Shown in pieces: positions 27,748 to 37,578 of a stretch of DNA of 58,513 nt. The stretch's first letter is position 1; each line of letters opens with the position of its first letter. The notes beneath the pieces are model-generated. The model was not told the origin of the DNA. It ran no database searches and saw nothing but the letters and a program-made list of their open reading frames with translations. The stretch is from the NCBI GenBank assembly GCA_043819795.1, contig JBDREN010000090.1, positions 1-58,513 of the forward strand. The letters run 5' to 3'. This DNA comes from Elusimicrobiota bacterium. Lineage in GTDB: Bacteria > Elusimicrobiota > Elusimicrobia > UBA1565. A program made the position numbers and the translations under genes.

Positions 27748-29592
27748 ATGGCCGCCCAACCGCTGCGGGTCCTTCTGGCCGAGGACGATCACGTATCCGG
27801 CAAGCTCGTCGAGCTGATCCTGGCGCGCGAGAAATCGCGCCCGTTCGTGGTCTGCTGGGTCAAGTCGCTCGCCCAGGCGCTGGACCGGCTCGGGAGGGAG
27901 CGCTTCGACGCCATCGTGCTGGGGCTCGATCTGCCCGACTCGAAAGGGATCGAGACGTTCCGCAAGGTCAACGGGGCGGCGTCCGAGACGGCGATCGTTC
28001 TGCTCGCGGCGCCGGACGCCGAGGCGGCCGCGGCCGATGCCGTCCACTACGGCGCGCAGGACTACCTTATCAAGGGGCCCATCGACAGCCACCTGCTCGT
28101 CCGCTCGGTGCGCTACGCGGTGGAGCGCAAGCGCGCGCAGAGCGAGCTGGCCCGTCTGGCCTCCTTCCCGGAGAAGAACCCGAACCCTATCGTGGAGATC
28201 GACGGCTCGGAGCGCCTGTCCTACCTCAACCCGGCGGCCCGCGAGCAGTTCCCGGATCTCGAGGCCAAGGGCTTCGGGCATCCGGTCCTCGGCGACGTCA
28301 GGGCGTTCCTCGCCGCGCTCCGAAAGGACCCCCGCCGCAACATCGTGAGCCAGGTGAAGCTGGGCGAGCACACCTACGAGCAGCACGTCCATCTGGAGCC
28401 GACCAGCGACGTCATGCGGCTCAACATCGTGGACGTCACGGAGAGGGCCCGCATCGAGCATCTCAAGGAGGAGTTCCTGCACAACGTCAGCCACGAGCTT
28501 CGCTCGCCGCTCTCGGCGATCTGCCAGTCCGTGCAGCTGGTCCTCGAGGATATGGGGGACGACTCCAGCCCGGCGCAGCGGAGGTTCCTCGAGATCGCCG
28601 ACCGCAACGTGGAGCAACTGAGGGTCATGATCGAGGACCTCCTTGAGACGACCCGCGCCGAGACCGGGAAGCTGACCGTCGAGCCGCGGCGCGTCGTTCT
28701 GCCGGCGCTGATCGCCGAGGCGGCGGGGGACAAGAAGCTCGTCGCCCAGGAGAAGGGCATCTCGGTCTCCGCGGAGGTCGAGGAGGACCTGCCCCGGGTA
28801 TTCGCCGATCCCGTCCGCGTCCGGCAGATCCTGATCAATCTGGTGGACAACGCGATCAAGTTCACCCCCGAGAAAGGGAGCGTCATCCTCCGGGGCGGGG
28901 TATTCGACAAGGAGCCGGGCATGGTCCTCGTCTCGGTCGCCGATACCGGCTGCGGGATCGAGCGGGACGTGGCCACGCGCATCTTCGACCGCCTCTACCA
29001 AGTCGAGCGGGGAAGGAAGGGCCTCGGGCTCGGGCTCTACATCTGCGAGCAGTTGGCGACCCGCCACGGCGGCCGGATCTGGCTCGAGAGCGAGCCGGGA
29101 AAGGGCAGCACGTTCCTGTTCACCCTCCCGGTCTTCTCGCTCGAGAAGTTCCTGGCCCCGGTCCTCATGCGGGAGGGCCGCCCGCGCGACGGCTTGGCCC
29201 TGGTGACCGCCGAGCTCTACCCGGCCAACCACTTCCTCACGGAGGGGGCCATGCGGAGCGTCCAGCAGGAGGCCCGAAACGTCTTGAAGCGCGACCTGCC
29301 CGCCGATAATCTGATCCTGCCAGAGATGAGCCCGCAGGGCAAGGAGGGCCTGGTCTTCGTGGCGACCGGCGCGGGCGCCGAGGGGGCGACGAACGTCGCT
29401 CGCCGCATGAGGAGCCTCCTCGCCGACGCGCACGTCATCCAGCTCAACCGGCTCGAGCCTCGAGTCTCGGTATCGACCGTGGATCTGCCCGATCTCGGTG
29501 ACGCGTCCGCCGAGGCCTTGGTGAAGGCCGCCGCGCGGGCGTTAGAGGACTACGTGCTCCACTCCATCAAGGAGCGGGCCGCAAGCAAATAG
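27748..29592 (+). CDS. Cytoplasmic hybrid histidine kinase (atypical REC-PAS-HisKA-HATPase + degenerate GGDEF-like tail)
   Basis: LLAEDD receiver whose phospho-Asp position reads IVLGLDLPD; SHELRSPL H-box; NLVDNAIKFT, DTGCGI and GLGLGL boxes. Confidence 0.92.
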   Translation: MAAQPLRVLLAEDDHVSGKLVELILAREKSRPFVVCWVKSLAQALDRLGRERFDAIVLGLDLPDSKGIETFRKVNGAASETAIVLLAAPDAEAAAADAVHYGAQDYLIKGPIDSHLLVRSVRYAVERKRAQSELARLASFPEKNPNPIVEIDGSERLSYLNPAAREQFPDLEAKGFGHPVLGDVRAFLAALRKDPRRNIVSQVKLGEHTYEQHVHLEPTSDVMRLNIVDVTERARIEHLKEEFLHNVSHELRSPLSAICQSVQLVLEDMGDDSSPAQRRFLEIADRNVEQLRVMIEDLLETTRAETGKLTVEPRRVVLPALIAEAAGDKKLVAQEKGISVSAEVEEDLPRVFADPVRVRQILINLVDNAIKFTPEKGSVILRGGVFDKEPGMVLVSVADTGCGIERDVATRIFDRLYQVERGRKGLGLGLYICEQLATRHGGRIWLESEPGKGSTFLFTLPVFSLEKFLAPVLMREGRPRDGLALVTAELYPANHFLTEGAMRSVQQEARNVLKRDLPADNLILPEMSPQGKEGLVFVATGAGAEGATNVARRMRSLLADAHVIQLNRLEPRVSVSTVDLPDLGDASAEALVKAAARALEDYVLHSIKERAASK

Positions 29593-29708
29593 GAATAATC
29601 CAGCCTGGCAGTACCGCCATAGGCGGGGCCGCCGGCGGTTAGCCGCTCTCGGCCCTCCCACCCTGGCGGAAATCCGGAAAAGCTGTTATAAATATTGCTT
29701 AGGTTGGC

Positions 29709-31925
29709 ATGACGCTTGTTCGCCGCGTTCAGCCTTTGGCCGATGTCCGGCTGAAGGACATTACCTGTTTGTCGAAACCGACAGCCGGGCTGGCCTGTTT
29801 TGTGGCGATTTTCCTCTCCTGGTCCCCGGCGTTCGGGAGCGATGTCTATGTCGGCCGGGAGTTGCCCCGCAAGATATTGGCTCTATACAACAAGGCCCAG
29901 ATCCCGGGAAAATTCCCCGATATAGCCTACACCGAGCTGCATCTTTTCGCCGAGATGCCGCTCAACCATCTGGGGATGGACCTGGTCTACCATGACGTCA
30001 ACGAGCCCCTTCCGGCGGTCCGCTTGCTGGAAGGGTACCGCGGGATCATCACCTGGTTCCCGGGCCTGGGCAGCGTCCCGGAGCCGGCGGCTTATTGCCG
30101 CTGGCTGCACGAGGCGATGGACGCCGGATTGAAGGTCGTGGTCCTGGGGGATACCGGGGCATACGGCCGGGGAGCGGACAAGCATACCCGGATGGGCCCC
30201 GCGTGCTCTCGCGCCTTCCGCAGGCTCGGCGTGGAGCTCGAGGAGGTGGGCGAGCCCGAGTCGGGCTTCCTGCGCATCGTCCGCAAGGACAGCGGGATGG
30301 TGGAGTTCGAGCGCCGGTTGAGCTTCTCGGAGTTCCCGGAGTTCAGGATCGTTCACGCGCTGGAGGGTGCCACGTCCTATCTGCGGATCGGCTCGAGCGT
30401 GGACGCGATGTCCCACTACGAGCCGGTCGTCACCTCGCCCTCCGGCGGGATAGCCGTCAACCCGTTCGTGCTCTACACCAACAAGCAGATGGAGAGGGAG
30501 CGGGCCGAGGAGGGGAAGGACAAGTACGAGACCTTCGAGGCCGCGTTGTCCCCGGACGAGCAGTTCCGCTGGAGGATCAACCCCTTCGCCTTCTTCGAGG
30601 CGGCCTTCGGCCTCCACGGCTGGCCGCGGCCGGACACGACCACGATCAACGGGCGCCGCATCTACTACAGCCATCTGGACGGGGACGGGTTCTTCAACGT
30701 CTCGGAGTACGACCATAAGAGCTGGAGCGCGGCGGTCTATCTGAAGGAGGTCCTCGAGCGCTACCCGGAGTCCCCGTTCTCCGTCTCCGTGGTCACCGGC
30801 TATTACCGGATGCGGCGTTTCGGAGGGCCCAAGGCGATCAAGCTCTCCCGAAAGATACTGGGCCTGCCGAACGTGGACCCCGGCTCTCACGGGCACACCC
30901 ATCCCTTCATTTGGCACAAGGAGAAGCTCGGGATCGAGGTCCCCGGATTCGAGTACAGCGTGGAGGCGGAGATCCGCGGTTCGCTGGACATCATCAACAA
31001 GGAACTCCTCCCGGAAGGCAAGCGGGCGCGGCTTTTCCAGTGGACGGGCGACTGCATGCCGGGAGAGGAGGCGATCCGCCTGGCGTCGGAGGACGGGTAC
31101 CTGAACATGAACGGCGGGGACACGCGCTTCGACCGGCGCTTCAACAGCGTGGCGTTCGTGACCCCGCTCGGCCGGCGCATCGGCGACGCCCTGCAGGTCT
31201 ACTCGAGCAACTCCAACGAGAACACCTACACGAACCTCTGGCACGGGCCGTACTACGGCTACCGGGAGGTCATCGAGACCTTCGAGAACACCGACTCCCC
31301 CCGGCGGCTCAAGCCGGTGAACATATACATGCATTACTACAGCTCCGAGAGGATCGCCTCGATCAAGGCGCTGCTTTCCGTATACGAGTGGGTGCACGCG
31401 AGGCCCCTGTTCCCGATCTTCGCTCGCGAATACTCCCGGCTCGTGGTGGATTTCTTCGCGATGCGCATCCATCGTTTGGGGCCGGGGCGCTACCGCTTCG
31501 AGGGGGGCTCCCGGGTCCGGACGGTCCGCTTCGACGAGGAGGAGCGGTATCCGGATCTGGAGCGATCGAAGGGCGTCTTGGGTTTTCGGCGCTATGAGGG
31601 GAGCCTCTACGTGTTCTTCGACGAGGGACGCGTTCGGGAGCTGGCGCTCACGGAGAAGCCGCCGAGCAGCCCCTATCTCAGCGAGGCGAATTTCGACGTG
31701 ACGGGCTGGCGCGTGGATCCGGACGGCGTGCGCTTCCGCAAGCGCGGCTGGTGGAAGGGAGAGATGGTCCTGGCCGGCCTGCCCCCGGAGCGGACCTACC
31801 GTATCCGCGCGGGGAGGAGGCGTTTCAAGCTCCGGGCGGGACGCGACGGCCGGCTTTCGTTCCGATTCCCGGGATCCGAGGGCACGGGCCCGCCCGAGGC
31901 CGTCCTCGTTGAGCCGGTGAAATGA
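29709..31925 (+). CDS. pelA: PelA-like polysaccharide deacetylase lacking the N-terminal glycoside hydrolase domain
   Basis: PRKILALY, PRPDTTTINGRRIYYSHLDGDGF, SHGHTHPF, WTGDC, NENTYTNLW, PRRLKPVNIYMHYYS; first gene of a pel cluster. Confidence 0.85.
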   Translation: MTLVRRVQPLADVRLKDITCLSKPTAGLACFVAIFLSWSPAFGSDVYVGRELPRKILALYNKAQIPGKFPDIAYTELHLFAEMPLNHLGMDLVYHDVNEPLPAVRLLEGYRGIITWFPGLGSVPEPAAYCRWLHEAMDAGLKVVVLGDTGAYGRGADKHTRMGPACSRAFRRLGVELEEVGEPESGFLRIVRKDSGMVEFERRLSFSEFPEFRIVHALEGATSYLRIGSSVDAMSHYEPVVTSPSGGIAVNPFVLYTNKQMERERAEEGKDKYETFEAALSPDEQFRWRINPFAFFEAAFGLHGWPRPDTTTINGRRIYYSHLDGDGFFNVSEYDHKSWSAAVYLKEVLERYPESPFSVSVVTGYYRMRRFGGPKAIKLSRKILGLPNVDPGSHGHTHPFIWHKEKLGIEVPGFEYSVEAEIRGSLDIINKELLPEGKRARLFQWTGDCMPGEEAIRLASEDGYLNMNGGDTRFDRRFNSVAFVTPLGRRIGDALQVYSSNSNENTYTNLWHGPYYGYREVIETFENTDSPRRLKPVNIYMHYYSSERIASIKALLSVYEWVHARPLFPIFAREYSRLVVDFFAMRIHRLGPGRYRFEGGSRVRTVRFDEEERYPDLERSKGVLGFRRYEGSLYVFFDEGRVRELALTEKPPSSPYLSEANFDVTGWRVDPDGVRFRKRGWWKGEMVLAGLPPERTYRIRAGRRRFKLRAGRDGRLSFRFPGSEGTGPPEAVLVEPVK

Positions 31926-32139
31926 CCGAGCATATCGCGCGGTTTCGGCTGCGTGCCTCCACCATTCCCTCGCGTTTGGCCGCAAACGCTTCGGTCACAG
32001 GAATGGTTGCATCCGACCGAGGGTTATCCCGAGGAAGTGTGACCGAGCGTTCCAGCGAGGGAATGCCGCCTCCGGCCGTTGTTAGGGAGCGGCCCGCCTC
32101 CGAGGTCGTGAGGGCGGCCGAGGTTGTCGGGGAGCGACC

Positions 32140-35100
32140 ATGATATTCAGCTGGCAGCGCCTCGTCTCGTTCTTCTTCATCATCGCCCTCGTGGCGTGGC
32201 TGCTCTATCCCAACGAGTATTTCCTCGGCTTGATGCACAAACGCGAGCCGGACCGGACCGTCTCCATCGAGTTCTTCAAGGACTATCTGGACAAGCACCC
32301 GCATCACAAGGGCGCGTCCCGGGCCCTGGCCCGGGCCTACGAGGAAAACGCCGATCCCGAGTCCGCGATCGAGGTCATGCGGGATCTCTACGAGCACCGG
32401 CGGGGGGACGAGAGGATCGGGAGGGAAAATATCGAGCTGCTCGAGCGGGCCGGAGACCTGGAGAGGGCGCAGGCCTTCCGGTGGGAGCTGTTTCAGGACC
32501 TAAAGGACAAGGGGGCCGTGGACCGGCGCGGTCTGGAGTGGATGCTGTTCAGCTACTACCAGGAGGCGCAGCTGGTCCAGGACGAGGCCGCGGAGCTGAA
32601 GGTCCTGAAGGCGCTGGTGGGCGTGGCCAAGGAGCCGGATTCCTTCCGGTGGGCGCTGGCCCGCTACCACATGCTCCATCAGGAATACAAGGAGCTGCTG
32701 AGCATGCTCAAGCGGACCCTCCGGGATGAGCCCGGGAACTTCTTCGCCTGGGAGCAGCTCATCGACGTCTACCGCGCGCGGAGGGACGTGGGGGCCGCGC
32801 TCGCCGCGGTCGCCGACGCGCTCCGGAAGCATCCCGACCACCCGGACCTGCTCGCCCGCCGCGTCTCGATCCGCGTGAGCGCCGAGCGCTTCGAGGACAC
32901 GCTGGCCGACCTCAGGCGGCTCATCAGCCTGCAGCCGGGCCAGGAATCCTTCCGCAAGATGCTGGCGTACAATACTCTGCGCGCGGGGCGGTTCGATGAG
33001 GCGGTCGGGCTCTACCGCGAGGAGATCGAGCGGAATCCCGACGATTCCGGGTCGTGGGAAGACCTTATCGGCGTGTTCACCTCGCACAAGCGGCACCGGG
33101 AGGCCGCCAAGGAGCTCTTGCGCTATCTGCGGCGCTTCCCGGACGACGACGGAGCCCGGGACGATCTGGTCGCGCAGTACGACCAGCTGGGCGAGAAGGC
33201 GGCGGCCGCCGAGGCCCTCCGGGAGGTCGTCGCGCGGCGTCCCGACGATGTGGAGCGGTCCCTCGACCTCGCCTACCGCCTCTTCGATCTCGGGCGCTCG
33301 AACGAGGGCGTGGCGATCTTCGTGGAGTACCTCAAGCGGCGTCCCGACGACCTGGAGCGGTCCCTCGACCTCGCCTACCAGCTTTTCGATATGAAACGGC
33401 CGGACGAGGCCGTGGCGATCTTCGTCGATTACCTGGAGCGCCGCCCCGACGACCTGAAGCGCTCGCTCGAACTCGCCTATCGTCTCATCGAGCTCGGGCG
33501 CTTCGACGATGCCGCGGCGCGCTTCGGCGCCTATCTCGAGCGCCGCCCCGATGACCGCAAGATCTGGTGGGAGCTCATCTACTCGCATGTCGACCGCGAG
33601 CGGGACCCCGAGGCCGCCGCGCTGCTGCGCCGCTACGTCGAGCGCTTTCCGGACGATTCGGAGGCTTACGACCTGATCTCGTACGTTGACGGGAGGCGGG
33701 GCGAGAAGTTCGCGAGCATCGCCCCCCTGAAGGGCTTCGTGGCGCGCAAGCCGGACAACGAGAAGCTCGCGCGCCTCCTGGCGGGCCTGCTCAACGAGAG
33801 CGGCCGCATGGACGAGGCCGCCGGGGTCTACGAGGTCCTTATCGCGCGCCAGGACTCGGACAAGCAGCTGTGGCGGGACGTGATCTACGGTTTCGCGGAC
33901 CGCAAGCGCTATCCGGAGGCGGTCGCCTGGCTCGAGCGCTTCACGAAACGCTTCCCCGACGACCCCAAGGGCTTCGAGCAGCTGGTCTATCTCCACCAGA
34001 CGTCCGGGGATCACGGTAAGGCGGTGGACGTGCTCAAAGATTACGTGATCCGGCATCCCGAGGACGAAGATAAGGCCCGCGCCCTGGTGGATATGCTCGT
34101 GTACCGGGAGCGCTATCCGGAGGCGGAAGCCTTCCTGCTCGAGCGCCTTAAGGCCGCCCCCAAGGAGGCGGCGTGGCTGACGAAGCTTGCGCAGGTCTAC
34201 TCCTATAGCGGAAGGCCGGCGGAGGCGGCCGAGTACTACCGGAGATCCATCGACCGCTCGGGGGAGACGCCGGAGCTCCTCAAGCAGCTCGGCGCGAACG
34301 CCCTCTTCTCCGCCGATCACAGGACCGCCTTCCAGGCGCTGCGCCGGGCGGTGGAGCTGTCCCCGGAGGACGGCGAGGTCCTCTACTACCTGGCGGAGAC
34401 CGAGTTCGCCCGCGGACATCCCGACGCGGGCCGCCGTTGGGCCCGGCGGGCGCTCGAAAAGATGCCTCCCGGCACGGACCCCCTCGCCGAGCGCCGCCGC
34501 CTCCGGCTCGAGGGGAAGCTCGGCTGGAGCGAAGGGATCGAGCGGCGCTACCGGGCGCTCGCCGAGCAGCGTCCCGAGGACCCGGACGTGGTCACGGACT
34601 GGATCGACGGGCTGCTGGCCGGCGGCCGCGCGGACCGCGCCGAGGAGCCGTTGGCCTTGTTGGCCGAGCGGTTCCCCGAGCGGGAGCGCAGCCGCCGGCT
34701 CTACGCCTACGAGGTCGCCGTGCGCGGCGGCGATTGGGAGCGGGCCGCCTCGTCGCTCGAAGGGTGGATCGAGCGCGAGCCCGAGGACGCGCCCGTCCGC
34801 AGGCTGCTGGGGGAGGCGTACTACCACGGGGGGCGCTGGGTCGAGGCCGAGGCGACGCTGGAAGGGCTCCCTTGCGAGTCGAAGGAGGAATGCCACACGG
34901 CCGAGCTGTTGTGGCAGATCCGGGACCGCTACGGCAAGCTTCCCGGCGCGACGTTTCGCTACTACAATCTTCCCGGCGACACCAGCTACCGGAGCGGGCT
35001 CGTCTACCGGGGCTACGCCTCTCGCGACCTCGGCTGGGAGGCGGATGCCGGGTACGGAAGCTACCGGGTGGATAGCCGCGGCTTCAGCCAAGGGGCGGCG

Positions 35101-35859
35101 GACGGGGAGGTCCGCGTCCGCTACGAGGGCCGGCGTCCGTTCCGGCTCGGCCTGAGCGGCGCCGTCTCGGCCGGGGCGCCCAGGGACACGGTCTCGCCGG
35201 GCGTGTCCCTCCGGTACGAGCCCGCGGGCGGCCCTCGGCTCGGAGTCGAGTACCGGTACCGCCGGTTCTGGAACGATTTCGCCCTGCCGGTCGCGGCGGG
35301 CTCCGTGGCCGACGAGGCGCGCCTGGAGGTCGAGGCCCGCGTGCGCAAGCGCATTTACCTTCAGGGGCAGTATCTGTATAATCACTACCAGGAGGGCGGG
35401 GGCGGCCAGACGGACCGGCATCAGCTGATCCCGGGGGCCGGCGTCGTCCTCTTGGAGGGCGGCGGCCACTGCGGACGGCCGTACCTGTCGACCGGGTACC
35501 AGCTCTTCCTGGAGGAGGCGGCCGGAGACGAGGCCTTCTTCCGCCAGGTCCCGCTCATCCGCAAGAGCCGGAGCCACTGCTGGAACGTTTCCTATAACCA
35601 GTGGTGGCGGCCCGGGCGGGTGCACGCGAACGTCTACGGGTATACCTGCGTCGACGGGACGCGCAGTCTCGGCCCCGGGGAACTTTTCGGGTTCGCCAGC
35701 CAGGTGCGCTTCGTCCCGGCGTCGTGGCTGCGCGTCCTCGCGGGCTATGAATACGGCCAGGAGTCGGCGCTGGGCGTGACGGGCCAGAGCCATACCGTAA
35801 CTTTGAAGCTGGAGGCACCGTGGGATGGGCGACGCCAAGAAGATTTGCCTGATCGATGA
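32140..35859 (+). CDS. pelB: PelB-like TPR scaffold with C-terminal beta-barrel
   Basis: N-terminal TM ending LLYP, about 900 aa of TPRs, C-terminal ~310 aa of alternating beta strands; pel context. Confidence 0.78.
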   Translation: MIFSWQRLVSFFFIIALVAWLLYPNEYFLGLMHKREPDRTVSIEFFKDYLDKHPHHKGASRALARAYEENADPESAIEVMRDLYEHRRGDERIGRENIELLERAGDLERAQAFRWELFQDLKDKGAVDRRGLEWMLFSYYQEAQLVQDEAAELKVLKALVGVAKEPDSFRWALARYHMLHQEYKELLSMLKRTLRDEPGNFFAWEQLIDVYRARRDVGAALAAVADALRKHPDHPDLLARRVSIRVSAERFEDTLADLRRLISLQPGQESFRKMLAYNTLRAGRFDEAVGLYREEIERNPDDSGSWEDLIGVFTSHKRHREAAKELLRYLRRFPDDDGARDDLVAQYDQLGEKAAAAEALREVVARRPDDVERSLDLAYRLFDLGRSNEGVAIFVEYLKRRPDDLERSLDLAYQLFDMKRPDEAVAIFVDYLERRPDDLKRSLELAYRLIELGRFDDAAARFGAYLERRPDDRKIWWELIYSHVDRERDPEAAALLRRYVERFPDDSEAYDLISYVDGRRGEKFASIAPLKGFVARKPDNEKLARLLAGLLNESGRMDEAAGVYEVLIARQDSDKQLWRDVIYGFADRKRYPEAVAWLERFTKRFPDDPKGFEQLVYLHQTSGDHGKAVDVLKDYVIRHPEDEDKARALVDMLVYRERYPEAEAFLLERLKAAPKEAAWLTKLAQVYSYSGRPAEAAEYYRRSIDRSGETPELLKQLGANALFSADHRTAFQALRRAVELSPEDGEVLYYLAETEFARGHPDAGRRWARRALEKMPPGTDPLAERRRLRLEGKLGWSEGIERRYRALAEQRPEDPDVVTDWIDGLLAGGRADRAEEPLALLAERFPERERSRRLYAYEVAVRGGDWERAASSLEGWIEREPEDAPVRRLLGEAYYHGGRWVEAEATLEGLPCESKEECHTAELLWQIRDRYGKLPGATFRYYNLPGDTSYRSGLVYRGYASRDLGWEADAGYGSYRVDSRGFSQGAADGEVRVRYEGRRPFRLGLSGAVSAGAPRDTVSPGVSLRYEPAGGPRLGVEYRYRRFWNDFALPVAAGSVADEARLEVEARVRKRIYLQGQYLYNHYQEGGGGQTDRHQLIPGAGVVLLEGGGHCGRPYLSTGYQLFLEEAAGDEAFFRQVPLIRKSRSHCWNVSYNQWWRPGRVHANVYGYTCVDGTRSLGPGELFGFASQVRFVPASWLRVLAGYEYGQESALGVTGQSHTVTLKLEAPWDGRRQEDLPDR

Positions 35860-36196
35860 CGAGAAGGATTTTACCGAGCTGACCGGGACCCTCCTCGGCT
35901 TCCACGGCTTCCAGGTCGAGGCCATCAATAACCCGGTGGTGGGGCTCGAGCGCCTCAAGCAGGCGTCGTTCGACGTCGTCGTGGTCGACATCATGATGCC
36001 GCAGATGAACGGCCTGGATCTGATGGAGAAGCTGCGCGCGGAGGAGGCCTACGCCAAGACGCCGATATTCGCGCTCTCGGCCAAGAAGCTGTCGGACGAG
36101 GAGCGCAAGTTCCTGCTGACCAACGACATCCATTTCGTGCAGAAGCCGTTCACGCCGCGCCGTCTGGTGGACCTGATCCGCGAAACGCTGGGATGA
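35825..36196 (+). CDS. Single-domain response regulator (CheY-like)
   Basis: LIDDE, VVDIMMPQMNG, ALSA, QKPF motifs. Confidence 0.92.
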   Translation: MGDAKKICLIDDEKDFTELTGTLLGFHGFQVEAINNPVVGLERLKQASFDVVVVDIMMPQMNGLDLMEKLRAEEAYAKTPIFALSAKKLSDEERKFLLTNDIHFVQKPFTPRRLVDLIRETLG

Positions 36197-37578
36197 AGCT
36201 CAAGAGTTACTGGTACGAGATACCGGTCCTCTTTCTCCTGGCCCTCGTCTTCCAGCGGCAATTCTTCCCGGACATCCCCTCCTTCTTCCAGGTCAGCCCG
36301 CATCCGTTCTGGATCGGCGTGCTGGTCTTCGGGCTTCGCTACGGCCTGACGGCCGGGATCGCCGGCGGGGTATGCGCGGCCGGCCTCTATCTCGGCGGTC
36401 TGTGGTTCTCTGACGAGCGGTTCCGCTTCGACGACGCCGATTTTTACCTGCTGCCCGGGCTGTTCGTCGTCCTCGGTGCTCTGATCGGCGGGGTGGTGGG
36501 CATGCTCGAGGAGCGCAACCGGGACACGAAGCGCGAGCTCGACGAGCATCGCGAGCGCGTCCGCCAGCTGGTCGAAGAGCTGGTCACCCAGCGCAAGACC
36601 AACCGGGCCATCGAGCAGCAGGTCGTTTCCCAGATGTCCTCCCTCGTCACGCTCTACCAAGGGGCGCGGGAGCTGGACAGCCTGGACCGCAAGGACCTCC
36701 TCGACGGCATCCTCTCGTTCTTCGCCGAGGCCCTGCGGGCCGACAAGGCGGCGCTGCACGTGCGCGAAAAGGGTCAGTGGGTCCTCTACGGCCAGAAGGG
36801 CTGGGCCGATGGCGACGCCTACCCCAAGAAGCTCGATATGTCTCAGGGCGTCATCGGCAGGGCCGGCGTCGAGAACCGGGTCGTGAGCCTCCGCGACTGG
36901 TTCGGGCAGGACGTCGAGCAGGCCTGGCGCGGCAAGGACCGGGCGGACGCCATCATGGCCGGTCCCCTGCGCCGGGACGACGGAGAGGTGATAGGCGTTT
37001 TCAGCGTCCAGGACATGCCGCTGCTCCGGTTCAACAGCGCGAGCGTCAACCTCCTGACGCTGCTGGTGGATTGGGCCGAGACGGCCATCTCCAAGAGCCT
37101 CTACTTCGAGGAGCTCAAGTCGAAGACGATCCTCGACGAGGTCTACAACGTCTACAACGAGACCTATTTCAAGAGCCGCTCGGAGCAGGAGTTCGGCCGC
37201 AGCAAGACCTACACCCTCCCCTTCTCCATGCTGCTCGTGGCGATCGAAGGGCTCAAGGACCTCCCGCACGAGCGCCAGCTGAACCTCTTGCGCGCGGTGG
37301 GGCGCCTCCTCCAGGAGGTGAGCCGCGATATCGACATCGTCACGAAGTCCGCCGACCCCGGCATCCCGTTCGCCGTCATGATGATGACGGCCAGCGTGAA
37401 CCAGGCCCGGGGCCTGCGCACGAAGATCCTGGACGCCTTCGGCAAGCTCGGCTTCGCCGGCGGCTCGGGGAAGGACGCCGAGCGGGCGCTGTCCATCAAG
37501 ATCGGCATCGGGACCTTCGCCCCGGCGATGAAGGCGGTGGGAGAGATCATTGCGGAAGCGCGAGAAGACCTCCGGTAA
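36193..37578 (+). CDS. pelD: PelD-like c-di-GMP receptor (4 TM, coiled coil, GAF, degenerate GGDEF)
   Basis: PHPFWIGVLVFGLRYG TM domain, GAF ending VQDMPLLRFN, RDID (RxxD I-site) with no GGDEF motif. Confidence 0.85.
   Translation: MKLKSYWYEIPVLFLLALVFQRQFFPDIPSFFQVSPHPFWIGVLVFGLRYGLTAGIAGGVCAAGLYLGGLWFSDERFRFDDADFYLLPGLFVVLGALIGGVVGMLEERNRDTKRELDEHRERVRQLVEELVTQRKTNRAIEQQVVSQMSSLVTLYQGARELDSLDRKDLLDGILSFFAEALRADKAALHVREKGQWVLYGQKGWADGDAYPKKLDMSQGVIGRAGVENRVVSLRDWFGQDVEQAWRGKDRADAIMAGPLRRDDGEVIGVFSVQDMPLLRFNSASVNLLTLLVDWAETAISKSLYFEELKSKTILDEVYNVYNETYFKSRSEQEFGRSKTYTLPFSMLLVAIEGLKDLPHERQLNLLRAVGRLLQEVSRDIDIVTKSADPGIPFAVMMMTASVNQARGLRTKILDAFGKLGFAGGSGKDAERALSIKIGIGTFAPAMKAVGEIIAEAREDLR

Noticed and set aside
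31922..32143. 73-aa ORF between pelA and pelB as pelC
   Set aside because: No lipobox, too short and atypical codon usage; it overlaps both neighbours by ATGA, so a small coupled ORF cannot be wholly excluded.
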